Assembly: GCF_009914755.1 (NCBI RefSeq)
Contig: NC_060926.1
Direction: 5' to 3' (one strand)
DNA: 64,000 nt
DNA from: the human T2T-CHM13v2.0 reference genome, Homo sapiens
The notes beneath the pieces were generated by a model, which ran no database searches, was not told where the DNA came from, and was given only the letters and a program-made list of their open reading frames with translations. This document shows positions 17,540 through 31,004 of this stretch, piece by piece (the first letter of the stretch is position 1; every line of letters starts with the position of its first letter). Position numbers and translations under genes: made by a program.

Positions 17540-18083
17540 TGTTAGAGCAAAGGGGTCCTGATCCGGACCCCAAGAGAGGGCTCTTGGATCTCGTGCCAGA
17601 AAGAATTCAGGGTGAGTCCATAGAGTAAAGTGAAAGCAAGTTTATTAAGAAAGTAAAGGAATAAAAGAATGGTTACTCCATAGACAGAGCAGCCCTGAGG
17701 GTGGCTGGTTGCCCATTTTTAGGTTATTTCTTGATGATATGCTAAACAAGGGGTGGATTATTTATGCCTCCCCTTTTTAGACCATATAGGGCAACTTCCT
17801 GATGTTGCCATGGCATTTGTAAACTGTCATGGCGCCAGTGGGAGTGTAGCAGTGAGGACGACCAGAGGACGCTCTTGTCACCATCTTGCTTTTGTTGGGT
17901 TTTAGCTGGCTTGTTTACTGCAGCCTGCTTTATCAGCACGGTCTTTATGACCTGTATCTTGTGCCAACCTTCAATTTCATCCTGTGACTTAGAATGCTGG
18001 GGAATGCAGCCCAGTAGATTTCAGCCTTATTTTAGCCAGCTCCTATTCAAGTTGGAGTTGTCCTGGTTCACACGCCTCTGACA
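17540..18083 (-). mobile_element. MER41A LTR (5' LTR of provirus)
   Basis: Direct repeat of 6993-7543; provirus flanks aagt (6989-6992) and gagt (18084-18087) form a 4-bp TSD with one mismatch. Confidence 0.9.
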
Positions 18084-19228
18084 GAGTGGCTCACTATGCC
18101 TTAGGAAGGAGTTTATACCCACATCACAAGAACATACTGTGACTCTTCCTCCTCAGTCTTCTCCAAGGGATCTGAAGCCACTTACTTGATAAGTGTGATT
18201 GAGAGAAAGGGAAATATTCAAAACATTTAGGGGCATTTCAACAATGACCATAGACATACACTAATTTTTTGGAGTCCAGAACCACGTTAATATTGACGCT
18301 TGTAAGGAAGAGGTATTAAGTGGAATTTTGACCCAATGCCTTCATGATAGGTCATGTGAGAGCCCAAACTCTCATCTCATGGTTATCTCCCCTTACCTAA
18401 GACATACAGAATACAGTCAGAACTAGACAACCTCAGCAACTAGAAGAATCCTTACACTGACTCCTTGACTCATAGAGTATGTACTATAATAGGAAGGGTC
18501 AAGTATAAGTTCTTGGGGCATCTCCTTATTAGCAAAATACTTACAGAAAAGCAATATTACCTCATGGTACCTATCATACCTGGCAATAGATTGTACAATT
18601 ATTTGTTTGTATATGGTCTGTTTCCCTCCCTAGAATGCAGTCTCATTGGGAGCAGATATTTTGTTTGTCTGTTTACTGCTCTATCCCCAGCTCCTAGAAC
18701 AATGACTGGCACATAATAAGTGCTCAATAAGTATTTATTGCATAGACAGATGAATATGTTTCTGAGGGAAATATCAGAAATCAGTGCCATCCTCAAAGAT
18801 GTGAAAGATACAGATGTGGCAATTCCTACCATATTCCTATTTTATTTTCCATTTTAGCCAGTGAAGAACATGGTTGAGTCTTGGAGTATGAAAGTGGACT
18901 GTCATAAATTTAATCAGCTGGTATTTCCCACTGCAACTTTTGTTCCAAATGCAGTGTTCTTACAGGAGCAGATCAATACCACTGACACCTGGAACACAGC
19001 TAATAACATGTTAAACGCTTTCATTATTTTCTCCATCCCAACAAATATAAACACTTTAGACAAGGTGCTTTCACTTGGCAGTGATAACAGTACAACACTG
19101 GTGTCCTAACTCAGCTATATATAAACCTTTGTCACTGCATCATATTTGCTACACTGGACCTTGACCATCTCATTATCTCTCAGGACATTATTCTGGTTTG
19201 CTCTATTGATGAAATCGTGCTTATAAGA
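18084..19228 (+). mobile_element. ERV-L internal remnant (protease to RT); continues from about 6335-6383 and 6960-6992
   Basis: ORF 18861-19109 SWSMKVDCHKFNQLV...VPNAVFLQEQINT...NAF...FSIP matches HERV-L RT (SWRMTVDYRKLNQVV...VPDVVSLLEQINT...LANAFFSIP); ctattgatgaaatc near 19205 is a YIDD remnant. Confidence 0.85.
18561..18755 (+). mobile_element. L2 3' end inserted in ERV-L pol
   Basis: tagaatgcagtctcattgggagcag...tggcacataataagtgctcaataagtatttattg...atgaat. Confidence 0.85.
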
Positions 19229-19229
19229 C

Positions 19230-19731
19230 TGTGTATTTGTTAACTATTCTTGCATATCAAATTACCCCAAAATTTAGTGGCTTAAAGAAAAAGTAATTAT
19301 TTACTTCTCATGGCTTTTGTGGGTAAAAAATTAAGACAGGGAAAAGTGGGAAAGGCTTATCTCTGTTCCCTGATAAATGAGGTCTCAGCTGCAAGACACC
19401 AAGCCTGGCTTCTGGAATAATGTGAAGGTTTATTCACTCATATGTCTGGCAATTGATGCTCCCTCTTGGCTAGCTGGGTTCCAAGGGCATGTGGAGGAGA
19501 GAGAGAGAAAGACAGAAAGAGAGAGAGAGCATCCTTCTTATGACTTAGTCTTGGAAGTCACATAGCATCACTTTGCTTATACTTCATTGGTTGGAGGAAT
19601 CATAAACTCCTACCCAGAATAAAGGAGTGAAAACCTAGATTACATCTATTAGTGGAAGGAGTGACAATAACATTGTAAGAATAGTATGTGGGATGGGATA
19701 AATATAAGGTTTGAGTTATATTTGAAAATAC
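19230..19731 (-). mobile_element. MLT1 (G/H-like) MaLR LTR
   Basis: aaattaccccaaaatttagtggcttaaa...ttggaagtcacatagcatcactt. Confidence 0.7.
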
Positions 19732-20619
19732 ACTGAAGCCTCTATTCATACTTCTTTAGTTGTTGTGTATAAAACAAATTCCCAGTTCTTTCTTCTCTTT
19801 TCTTCCCACTGTTCTATATAGGTGTATCTGTGGTGTTTAACTTTAAAATTTAGTCCCTAGATTGTAGAATATCAACATGGGATTGTATTGAACCAAAGAA
19901 GAAATTAAATTGCCCCAAAATCCTGCATGCAGTGTCTGATGAAACAGTGGATTGTCTCATTTCGGCAAGGATATGAGAACATTTTTGGTTACTATGAAGA
20001 AAAGCTGCATTATATTTAGTGGTGTGTGTGTATGTGTGTAAAAGTATAAAAATAAGGGAGCATGGTGTATGTGAATACTGAATACTCAAAGGGCTGGGTG
20101 GTGGTACCTGGTATTTTACAGATAAATTTATTCGCAGTTTAAAATAATCTGAATTCATTTCTGTTGCTTGCAACCATGAAACCCAACTGATATTCCTCCC
20201 TTTGTCAGAGAGACTAACAGCCACCACAGGAATAGAAGCAAACTCCATCAGCCAGACCAATAGCTGTGATAGAAGCAGCAAGGGCAGTGGTGACAGAAGT
20301 TTTTGCTGCCAACTGAAAACACCAGGAAAATGGCACAGTGGCTATAATAAGGATTAAATGAGCCAACCTTTGAAAAGCACTTAAAGCAGTGACTAGGTAG
20401 TGAGAAGCATATTAAGCATTGTTGAACAAAAACAAATTAAGTAGTGCTAGCAAAAAAAGTTAAAGCTAAACAACATACAAGACATTTGGGATTTCTACAA
20501 GGAAAGAGAGGGAATCCAGAAGGTAAACTGTCCCAGTTCTTCTATGATGGTGGTTCAGAGACAAAGATGCTTTTGTTACCTTTGAAATGGTTATTTGTGT
20601 CTAGGTGGCCTTCTGGCAG

Positions 20620-20830
20620 ACAAAGATTCCTCACTCCCACTCTATTGCCACCATCTTAGTCCAACCTACCATTATCTCCTGCCTGGACTGCTGCAATACT
20701 GTACTAATTGGTTTCCCCATTTCCATTCTTAACCTGTCTATAATTTATTTTTCACATTGTAATCAGAATTATGAATGGGAAATATGATCCAAATGAAAAT
20801 CCTCCATTTTCTTTCCATTGCCAATGCCTG
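20620..20830 (+). mobile_element. L2 fragment
   Basis: ttagtccaacctaccattatctcctgcctggactgctgcaata. Confidence 0.6.
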
Positions 20831-21050
20831 TTAATATCTCAGTGTTTATTCAATGTTCCCCCTAATTTTGTAAAGTTTTCCTCAGGTGACCATGCTAAAA
20901 GAGTAGCAAGCTCTCAATATCATACATATATCTAGAGAGTTGACTGTTTCTAGTGAAAAATAACATCAACAAAATTAATGTTAAACCAATTTAATGAAAT
21001 ATACAATAGTTACCATGCAGTATGGCGATGAAATATAATCAGTGCATGAG

Positions 21051-21605
21051 TATATCAGGGTATCAGAGTGTAATCAGGGAAGCCAACCACCTGAAGTATT
21101 ATGGAATAAAGGATTTGTTATAGAAACAAGACCCTTTACAATTATGGGGAAATTTCAGGATGTAAAGTCCACAACAAGGAAGTTGGAGGATGAGAGAAAA
21201 TCACTAATCAACCCTCCTGACACACTGGCATGACTGGACAAGTCAGAGCCTGCTAGGGAATTGGGGAAACCAGGCACATCCAGATACTGAAGTCAGACAA
21301 TGATGGAGGCCTGGTGGAGAAATCCATGGTGAGCTATTGCCTTTGCATCTGATAGTGGGTGTGGGGTCACTGTCAGTGAGCAGATCCAACAATTGGGAAG
21401 AAGAGTTAGACACAGAGTGGAAAAAGTCAGGCTAATTTGGGACACATCAGCACCTCTGCATATCTGTCTCTCACTGCACCTAACCACAACAACCTTTAGA
21501 GATTGGTAGTCTTGCTTCATTTCTGCCTTCTAAGTCTTTCATAAATTTTTCTTTTGAATAACTCGAACACAGACGCATACAGGGAAGGAGGTTTTGGGAA
21601 AAGGT
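21051..21605 (-). mobile_element. Old ERV-L-class LTR (subfamily uncertain)
   Basis: tatcagggt...atcagggaagc...aaggatttgttatag start and catacagggaaggaggttttgggaa end resemble ERV-L LTRs. Confidence 0.5.
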
Positions 21606-21848
21606 GTTCTACAACAAATATTTAGAGAAATCACTAATGTGTATTTCTTTTAAACCATTTAACCAAATTGCTAGGTTTTGCCTTCTCACTTTATTGATTC
21701 ATGGATTCTTTAAGCAAGATTAATTTTTATTTTTTTCTCATTTTACATATTTTTTCTTCATCATCGTCACAGTCACACAAACATGCAAAGACACACACAC
21801 AATACACACTGACATACAAATATCAGAAACTATGGGATGCTTTTAAGA

Positions 21849-22235
21849 TGTGTTATAGATTGGGATCCCTAGAAACGTCTCCTGAAATGGGGATTCTTGT
21901 TCAAGTGATTTATTGCAGGAGCACTCTTGGGAAAGAGGAGTGAGGGTTGCTGGAAAGAGCAGAGGAAGAACATGGTCTCAGCTGGAAATTACCTTAAGTC
22001 TAATTCCATGAGAAGCTCTGTAGCATAAACTGCACCAACATTAGTCCCACCTCAAGGCAAAGGCACCAGCTCTTCATACCCCTCTGCCAGTTAGTCATTG
22101 ACCCAGGTCTGCTGTGGAGGAGGTGGGTGGTTACAGTCCAGTTCTCCAGAGAGAGCAGACAGCTGTGAGTGTTAACAGCCAACACTCAGATGGTAAAGGG
22201 GATAGGGTGGGGCCCAGCAGCATTCATTCTACCAT
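21849..22235 (-). mobile_element. LTR16-like ERV-L LTR
   Basis: tgttatagattgggatccctagaaac...tgaaatggggattcttgttcaagtgatttatt. Confidence 0.55.
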
Positions 22236-22682
22236 GCTTTAGGAAAAGAAATCTTCATATATGGAGTGTGTGGAAATTCAGTCAGCTGGGGCAGAAGGCC
22301 CACAGCGGAATCCCGTTTCTACTTCCTCTCTTTCTGCTGTGATCTCAGACATATCTCTGATTCTGCAGCAGTTTGGTCTCCTGGTGCCCACTTCTAGATA
22401 TCCTTCTGTAGTTCAGTGTTTGGTTATGGATGCTACATTTGCATACCACCATTGGCCTTATAGTTCTTGCCTCCACTCTTCTGTTACTGGCCTTGGGTTG
22501 TCTGGGGCTCATATTTGGGTGACCACTTCGAATTCAGGCTCCTTTCTGCCCTGGTACCCCTCCTCTCACCTCAGCATTGTCATGTGCAACATAATCACAT
22601 CCATAAAAAGATAAAGGGTTTCTACACAATAGCTGTTCTTTCCCCCTGTTCCCCATGATCCCATTATATCTCTTTTTCATTC

Positions 22683-23570
22683 TGTATTAGTTATTTACTG
22701 CTGTGTAACAAATTACTGCTCCCCCCCCCCCAAACTTAGCAGCTTAAAACGACAAGCATTAGTTCATAGTTTCTGTGGGTTGGGAATTTGGAAGCACCCT
22801 AGCAGGGTGGTTGTGGCCCAGAGTTCTTTCATGGGAGTGCAGTCAAGATGTCAGTTGTGGCTGCAGTCATTTGAAGGCTCAACTGGGCTACAAGATCTCA
22901 TTCTGAGATGGCTCACTCACGTGGCTTGTTGCTAGAAGGCCTCAGTGTCTGGCTGGCTGTTTTGGTAGGAGGAGGCCCCTGTTTCTCACCATGTGGTCCT
23001 CTCTTCATAGAGCTACTTAAATGTTCTCATGACACGGCTGCTGACTTCCCCAGAGTGAGGTGATCCAAGTGAGAGTGACAGGTACAGGAGGCAGAGAAAT
23101 TCAAGGCCGAAAAAGGCAGGGTCCCTGACGAAGCCCCACCCTTAAGTAGAAAAGCCTGAGACTGTGGCCCAAATCACTTACTTCCCTGTTTTCCCGCTTG
23201 AATGTCGCCTTTTCCTAAACCACCCTGGCCCACCATGCTTCCCATCCTGTACCCATAAAAACCCCAAACTCCACTGGCAGAAGAGCAGAGCAGCACAGCA
23301 GAGTGGTAGAGAAGAGAAGAAGAGAAGCATCTGAACGACGAAGAGGCAGGGACCAGGGAACTCTCCCATCTCAAGAGCAAAGTGGAAGCTGCTATGTCCT
23401 TACGATCTAGTCTCGGAAGTTACAGCGGGTCACTTGTGCCAAAATTACTCCTTAGAATTGAGTCACTAAATCCCGTCCACACTCAAGGAAGGGGCTTAAG
23501 CTCCATTTCTCACAGAGAGGAGTATCAAAGAATTTGTGGACACACATTAGAGCAAACGCATACCCCACCA
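22683..23570 (-). mobile_element. MLT1F-like MaLR LTR interrupted by MER50
   Basis: tgtattagttatttactgctgtgtaacaaattac...agatggctcactcacgtggct...cacactcaaggaagggg. Confidence 0.75.
23076..23373 (+). mobile_element. MER50-like ERV1 solo LTR, internally deleted
   Basis: tgacaggtacaggaggcagagaaat start and cagggaactctcccatctca end; 4-bp TSD agag at 23072-23075 and 23374-23377. Confidence 0.7.
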
Positions 23571-23839
23571 CACTAGGGGGCCCTTGAGCAGCTCTTCCCT
23601 GGTCTTCACATTTGCCTGGGATGCTTGAGGATTGATATAGGGTATTCTCAACCAAAAGGCTGAGATTTACCTCCTCTAAGGGATGACCACATGACTGCCA
23701 TTTCAGGACATCTAAGAAGTGGTGGGAGGAGGGGAATACACAGTGATGGAAAAAGGTATAGGGAAAATGGCCTTTGGAGTCAGACAGATTGGGGCTCAAG
23801 TCTTTACTTTGACATTTCCAGCCTGGCTTGGACAAACCA

Positions 23840-24930
23840 CTTAATTCAACACAAAACAAAGCATGTGTTAGACACTGCACTGGATACTGAAGATAGAGTG
23901 CTGAAAATAATTCACTCTTGGGGTGCTTACAGTCTGGATAAGCAGACGGACATTAAACACGTCATTTTCATAGTGATGAGGATTGTGTGCCATCAAAGCA
24001 CATCCCAAAGGGAGTTAGCCTTATCTAAAGAATTAGGGAAGATCTCCTTGAGGAAGTGACATTTAAGTTGAGATTCTGAGGATGATTAAGAGTTAGTTGG
24101 ATGAGAAGAACAGACGATGTAAAGGTCATGGGGTACCAAGACCCTTGAACTTCCAAGAAGTTGAAAGGAAGCCAGAGAAGCAGGAGTGTTGGTGAAAGAG
24201 ACAGTGGGGTGAGATAAGGCTGGAAAGCTGGGCAGGGACTCATACTGCCCTGAGTCTCAGAGGCCATATTAAAGCTGGGGAGCCATAGCTATAGGGCCAT
24301 GGCCAACTATTGACTGTTATAGCAGGGGTGTGGCTTGATGAGATTTGTATTTTAAAAAAACTTCTCAGGTTATTCTACAGGGAGTGGGTTAAAGAAGGAC
24401 ACAGTGGATGTGGCGGAACCATTTAGGGAGTACTGCAGGAGTCCTAGTGAGGAGGTGATGGTAGCGGTGGAGGTGAGAGGCCATGAGGAGGGGAACAGCA
24501 GACAGGTCTTGACCATTGACTGTGGGCTGGGGACAGAGAAATTAAGGACCAAGAGCCAGATTTTTCAGTGGTAATGGCGAGTGGTGGGTGGGTGGGGGTA
24601 GAGAAGGCATTCAGCTTTAGACATATGGTATTTCAGGGACCTTTGAGATATCCAAGCACAAGTGTTGTAAAGGCTTGGATCTCCAGGAGAGGATTGGGCT
24701 CAGAAGGTCTTGGTGAGCCTAGACATGCATGCTGCAATTAAAGTTCCTGGATGAATGAGATGGCCTAGGATTCGTGTAGCACAACTCCAGGGCATGTCCT
24801 AAGGAACCTCAGTATTAAAGGGGCAGGGAGAAATGGAGCCAGCAAAGGTCCTGAGAAGGAGCAGTGAGGCAGGAGGAGGAAAACCTGGAGAGTATAATGT
24901 CACTGAGCCAAGGCAATGATGTTTCTAGGG
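23840..24930 (-). mobile_element. L2 (long degenerate fragment); MIR pieces flank it at about 23745-23840 and 24950-25050
   Basis: gaggaagtgacatttaagttgagattctgagg; gagatttgtattttaaaaaa; gaatgagatggcctagg. Confidence 0.7.
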
Positions 24931-25274
24931 AAAGCAGTAAATGGAATTACTTTTAATTGGGATAATTATAATCTTCTCTCATAGGACTCTTGGGAAGATT
25001 AAGTGAGATAACATATAAAAACCATCTCAGTACTTCATAAAGTATTTTCAATGTGAGGTGTTCTCTTTAGCAGGGGAATGGGAGTGTAGGCGGTAAAGGT
25101 TGAGGGAGGGGAGAAGTCCAGGATGCCCCTTCTGAAGTAGCTTCTTAGCACCTGACACATCCAAGCCCCTTCTAAAGTAACTAATCAGCATCTAACACAT
25201 CTAAAGCCAACTTTCAGTCATTTATTGATATTTGGAGCCAGCCAGCCTTTGATATAGTACAGTATAATTTTTAG

Positions 25275-25615
<341 letters not shown>

Positions 25616-25821
25616 CTTTCCCCTGTTAGTAAAAAGAAAAAAAAAATTAACCCTCAAAACAAAAAAACAAATTCTACCTGTTTAATATTGCCTAAAAATT
25701 CCTTCCAGGGAAGACCTAAGAAACCATTTTATTCCATAATAAAAGGTTTTAAATAAAAATACCTGGGGCAGTTACTACTGTAATGTGAAAGAGACAGTTA
25801 GGTATAATGATGTGATCAGAT

Positions 25822-25823
<2 letters not shown>

Positions 25824-25851
<28 letters not shown>
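25824..25851. repeat. (TG)n microsatellite
   Basis: Seen directly. Confidence 0.95.
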
Positions 25852-25855
<4 letters not shown>

Positions 25856-28309
25856 AAGGCTCAGGAAGGCATCCAGAATGAGGAAGGAGCAGGGAACAGA
25901 GGGGAGGGGAGGCCAGGGTGTGGCCACTGAGGGGAAACAGGAGGGGTTGGAGATACCCAAGGCAAATTTCACTGACCTCCCAGTTTTACAATTTTGCTTC
26001 AGGCAGTATTGGTTTCTCTTTACATCTGTCCAGAAAAAAATACAACTTTTGTGCAAATGTACATTATGTCCATCTGGGGTGGCTGGTGGCAACCCTTACC
26101 TCAGTAGAAACTATGCACCTCTCCCACGTGTGCCACAGGAATGTATTCCTCTCTGATGGGTGTAGGTGACCTAACGTCTAGAGTCTAAATACAGCGGATT
26201 CCCAACCCTGTCCCCGTTAGGGTATGGGTGGTTTGGGTAGACCAGGGAGTTAATGCACTGAACTAGTGTGGGAATCACTAAAGCTGGGCCTTTTATATGG
26301 TGCACCTGGGTAAATGGTCCTGGGAAACTGACCTCCCATTCACCTTCCCAGTAGGCACTCAGGAATATGCAGGGGTTGTTACTAGTTACTTATACCTAAT
26401 GAGCAGGCAGGTCTCAAGCTAGAGTCTCCAGAAAAGAATGAAGGGCTAAGAAGGTGATGTTCCTTTCTCCCATTCCATGAGAAAAGTAAAGGGAGCTTCT
26501 GATGACTGGCAGCCTCCACAGCCCAGTGTGGTTGCATCATAGCAAGGGCAGCAGTGCTGCTCTTGGACACTGAGGGCTGCTGAGTCTCCATCTGTGTGTA
26601 ATCGGCTGTGTCAGGGCCTCTGAGGCTATTTCTGTCAATCACTGTAATCTGCACAATCAGGCTTTTATTGTATGAAACTGTTCCTTTTCTGGGTGCCATC
26701 TATGCCCTTGCGGTACATTAAACCCGTGAAGTTATCTGCTATAATGGGTTTTGAATGATTAACTGAAGGTGGCCTTTTAATTCACTGAATTTGCACTTAC
26801 TAAGCACTCACTATGTGCACTCCTATTGGAGGCCAGAGAGGTGGAACAGTCGTTGTCCTCAGGGGCTCATCACAATGACGACTCCTCTCCCAAGGCCATA
26901 GTTATCTCCCCTTATTCCTCTCTCCCAATTCCCTCCCTACTCCGCAGCTCCTGGCCTGGAGGCAGAACTGCTGAAGAAGCTCCAAGGGGTCTCAGGCTCA
27001 CCCTGGCTGGTCTGCTTTCTGTCTGAGCCTTCTTCTGGTAACCAGAGGCTGTCGCCATCTTCTCTGTGTCTTATTATGACCTTCCTTGGATGTTAGCAAG
27101 TATCTGCAGGACCAGCCTCTGAGTCTTCCTTGTCAGAAGCAATGCCATCATCTCCCCATACCATTCTGGTATGAACTCCACTTCCCACACCCTACACATA
27201 TTATATCCTCTGGTCCAATGTCACCCTGCCGCATCATCCTTCCTTTGCCTGCAGACTGAACTTCCAACATCTATAGCTAGGTCTAGACTTCTAGTATATG
27301 TGCCTGCCCTCTTTCCCCTAATTCTAGTGAACAGACCTAATTCCAGAATTTTCTGCCCTAATAATCAGTCCTATTCTACTTCAATTAATCATAGATGGGC
27401 AGCTGTTTCTCGAGTTATGACACAAGAAAGGAAGTAAGAAAAAAGAAATACAAGACAACATGCATACAACTGTGCAATGGTGTGGTACAGGGGACACACT
27501 TACAAAGACAACTGAACAAATTCAAAATAAGAATACAATGGGCATTCTGCTAGACCAGACCTGTGCAGTTGAGTAGAAGAGTTAATGAAGGCATATTGTT
27601 TCTCATGATGCAGCAGTAAGGTTAGAAAAAAGGGAGAAAGAACAGCAAAAAGCTGATACTCAAGCCAAAGAACAAAAACAAAGTGGCTGGCAAGCTGTAC
27701 ACTAAATTTCAACAAGTAAAAGAAATAGTTTCACCCATTGGTTGGAGGAATTTTGGTCCTATGGACACTTAAAACACAAGGTTAAAGTAAAATTTATTAG
27801 CCTTTCTCCAAGTTTCCTTACTTGATTGACTACACTACCCAGTCAGTCAGACCAGAGATCTTGGTATGAAAGCAAAAATGAAGACTAAGAGTCCAAACAT
27901 TGAGCATGAAATAGAAGGCATTATTGTCAAGCAGAGTGGCTAATCTGGCAGAAAATCTAAGCTCTAGGGAATGAAGTTCCAACAGGTCACAGACCATCCT
28001 GTATCATGAATGCACTCTGAGAGTTATGGATCAGTCAGCAGCCGCTGAGCTTATCAAGTGGGGCTGGGCAGAGGCGGATTCTGCCATGTGCATGAAATAC
28101 CCCCTTTGGGATAATGGCCCTGGCTGCTTCTGTTATGTGCATGAGATGCCAAGGGGGGACCATGACCAGCAGGAGCCTGCACTGCTGTCAGCTGTCTAGG
28201 CATCTGTTCAGGATGTGTCACTGGGAATCAACATATTTCCTCCCTCTTCCAGAAACCCTACATCCAACTGATTGCCAAGTCATTTGCTCACCTGTGTCTT
28301 TTCATTTCT

Positions 28310-28660
28310 CATATTTGACTTTTCCTGTCCATCCACTTTTACATAGTTTAGTCCTAATCTCTTTAAATTTAATCTCATGCACCTCCTCTTTTAACTCTTA
28401 GCCCCCTACCTACTTTTACTCCAGGTGCCTCTGGTAGCTCATTGTCTATACATTATCCCATCATAGTGCTTGATGTGCTTGTGGCTTGATAATGCTCGTG
28501 GTTGTCATTTGTTTATTAGTCTGTCCTCCTCTCTTGGACTGCGAGAGCATGAAGGGTAGTTCTCGTATCTTATTTTTTATATGTCTTTAATAGTATATCA
28601 AGATTATACTATTATAATCCTGACCTGCAGCAGGTACTTTAATAAACGAAAGTGAAAAAA
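28310..28660 (+). mobile_element. L2 fragments
   Basis: ttggactgcgagagcatgaagggtag...cagcaggtactttaataaacg. Confidence 0.5.
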
Positions 28661-29344
28661 TGAAGACCTATTAATATTTTTTCAAAAGTTACGTCATCTT
28701 CATGTCATCCATACATGTGAATAAATGGAGTGTATGTTTTAAACTGAGATCACCTCAAAGCAGTGATCTCAAGTATATGACTCAGCTCGTCAATAATCCT
28801 GGATGGCAGTGGTGGGAAGATTTTGCTATAGTGTGAATAAAGATTTTTGTCCCCTCTTTAGCCCTATTTCAGCCTGTCCTTTTTATCAAATAATTGGGCA
28901 TTCAGTTCTTATAACTCATGAGTTTCTGTATATTCATCTTCTGGGAAAATTCAGAGAACATATTTGCAAATGGAAAATAATTTGCCTGTATTTTTTCTCC
29001 TTTTTTTGCACATGAATAAACTAACTGTTCTGAACAACTCAGTATCTCTTGCTTTGCTGACTTCCTTGCCCAATATATTTGTCTTCAGCAATTTCACTGC
29101 GGTTATTATTATTTTTTTTTTTGCACAAAGAAATACGTTTCTTCACATTTAAGGGGCACAAACTGTTGATCCCACTTTCAAAAGAGATGTGGTGTTTCTT
29201 GATTTTGGAAGATACTTTCAGCTGCCAAGCTCTGTCAGACCCTGCCTTGGCTTAACAAGGAATGTTTCTGTTTTTCTTAGGCACAGAAAAAAATAAAGCC
29301 CCCAAATTATTTAAGTATCTTTCAGTTTAATTTAGGGGCCCAAG

Positions 29345-29522
29345 AGAAGCAGTTATGTGAAAATCTAGAGGAAAGAGCTTGGTTTGAGGACTTGGACTCA
29401 ACTACCAAATGCTGAGCATGGCTTTGTGTAGATTAGTGAAGCCTCTGGGCCTCTGCTTTTTTGACAGAGGAGGTTTAACAATGTGGTCTTTGGAGTCTGT
29501 TCTAGCTCTCAAGTTCTATGAC
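29345..29522 (+). mobile_element. MIR3-like
   Basis: gcctctgggcctctgc...tttctagctctcaagttctatgact. Confidence 0.5.
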
Positions 29523-31004
29523 TGCACGTATTCTTCTCTGCTGTTGCTACCTAATTCTGTTTGTGCATGCCCTCTCTAAGAGCAAGACACTTTGTTTTAT
29601 TATACTGAAGTGGCCGTGGACAATGGGAATGTATTGTTAGACAGTTTTTGACTTTTTGTTGAGGCCATGGTGGATGACAAGTGGTTAATCCTGGGGCAGG
29701 AGATGAAGCAGGCTTGGGCTTGGGAGGGAGGGACTTTCTCTTCTCTCTGGAAACCTGATCTGCCTGCTCATGGAAAAGGTCTGGTTTGGGGTATAGCTTG
29801 TGGCTACTGTGAAACCTCTACTGCCTGGTCACCAAGTTTCCATGGCATACCAAGGCAGGAGAACATTTTCAGGTACACGGATGTTTCCCTAAAGATCTTT
29901 GGGTCTGAAGTGCCCAAAATTGACAAGGCATTGGGAGGGAAGGGTGTGCTCATCCTCCCTGAACTCTCAGAAACCACTGCCAAACTGGCAGTGAGACACA
30001 CATTCAGTGGTGATTCCTACAATGCATAAGGCCGGCACTGGACTGCTGGCCGTGGGGGCAAGGTAGGCACAATAACCTCAAGTCTTTCTGCCATGTGCCT
30101 CTGCCACCATAGCGCTACTTTTGGCTAAAGAGTCTGATGGACTTCCTGTTTCAGCAGCTCTATAGTGAAGCTGTGCTGCAACAATGGTGGCAGAGGATAG
30201 TTTCTTTGGCAGACAGAATGGGCTTTCTTTGAAGTCATTTGGATAATCACCTGTGGGCTTCTAGAATGTATCACAGGCAGGACACTCCAGGACCAGAGAA
30301 TGCCTTTGGAATGGAGGTATAGAATTGTATTAATTTGATTATGAAAAGAGATATCATCTTCTTTTCAGTCTCAAATGGGTGAAGTAGATGTTTCAATTAT
30401 ACCACATTTTTTAGTTTTTCCCACAGAAAACACTGATTCAATAAATGCCTGTGGACTGAATGAATGAATATAAAATAGAAAGTGATGTTAAATAGAAGCT
30501 GAGAATACAGGAATTCTATGGCTGTTAGCCATTTGTCTTGATTCCTTCTCTAAGGTGGGGTTGGTGTGGAACAATGGGCGGGGTTTCCAAAAGGTGGGCA
30601 AGGATTAGGACCTTTCTTCATTTGGAGGTTAATTTTATTTCTTCCTTTCTGAGTAGATGCTAACCAACCTGAGACCCCTCCATCTTTTTCTTTTTATTTT
30701 CTCCCTTTCCCATACTCCATCCTTTCTCTTTCTCCTCTGTACAATCTTATTGTTCCAAATTTTAAAACAATAATCAAGGGGAAAAAATTACAGTTGAAGG
30801 AGACTAATCAATTTCAATATTGAGTCTGGTACATTCCTTTGAATATCTCCCATAAACACACCTGGAGACCTGAAATGGTAAGCAGGCAACAAGTTCCAAG
30901 ATATGCCAAACCTCAGTCTAATAAAGTGTTCAGGGTTCCAAGTCATTTCAAGTCTGTAGGGTTGCCTGGGTACTGTACAAAGGGAAGTTCAAGTGCAGAT
31001 ACTT

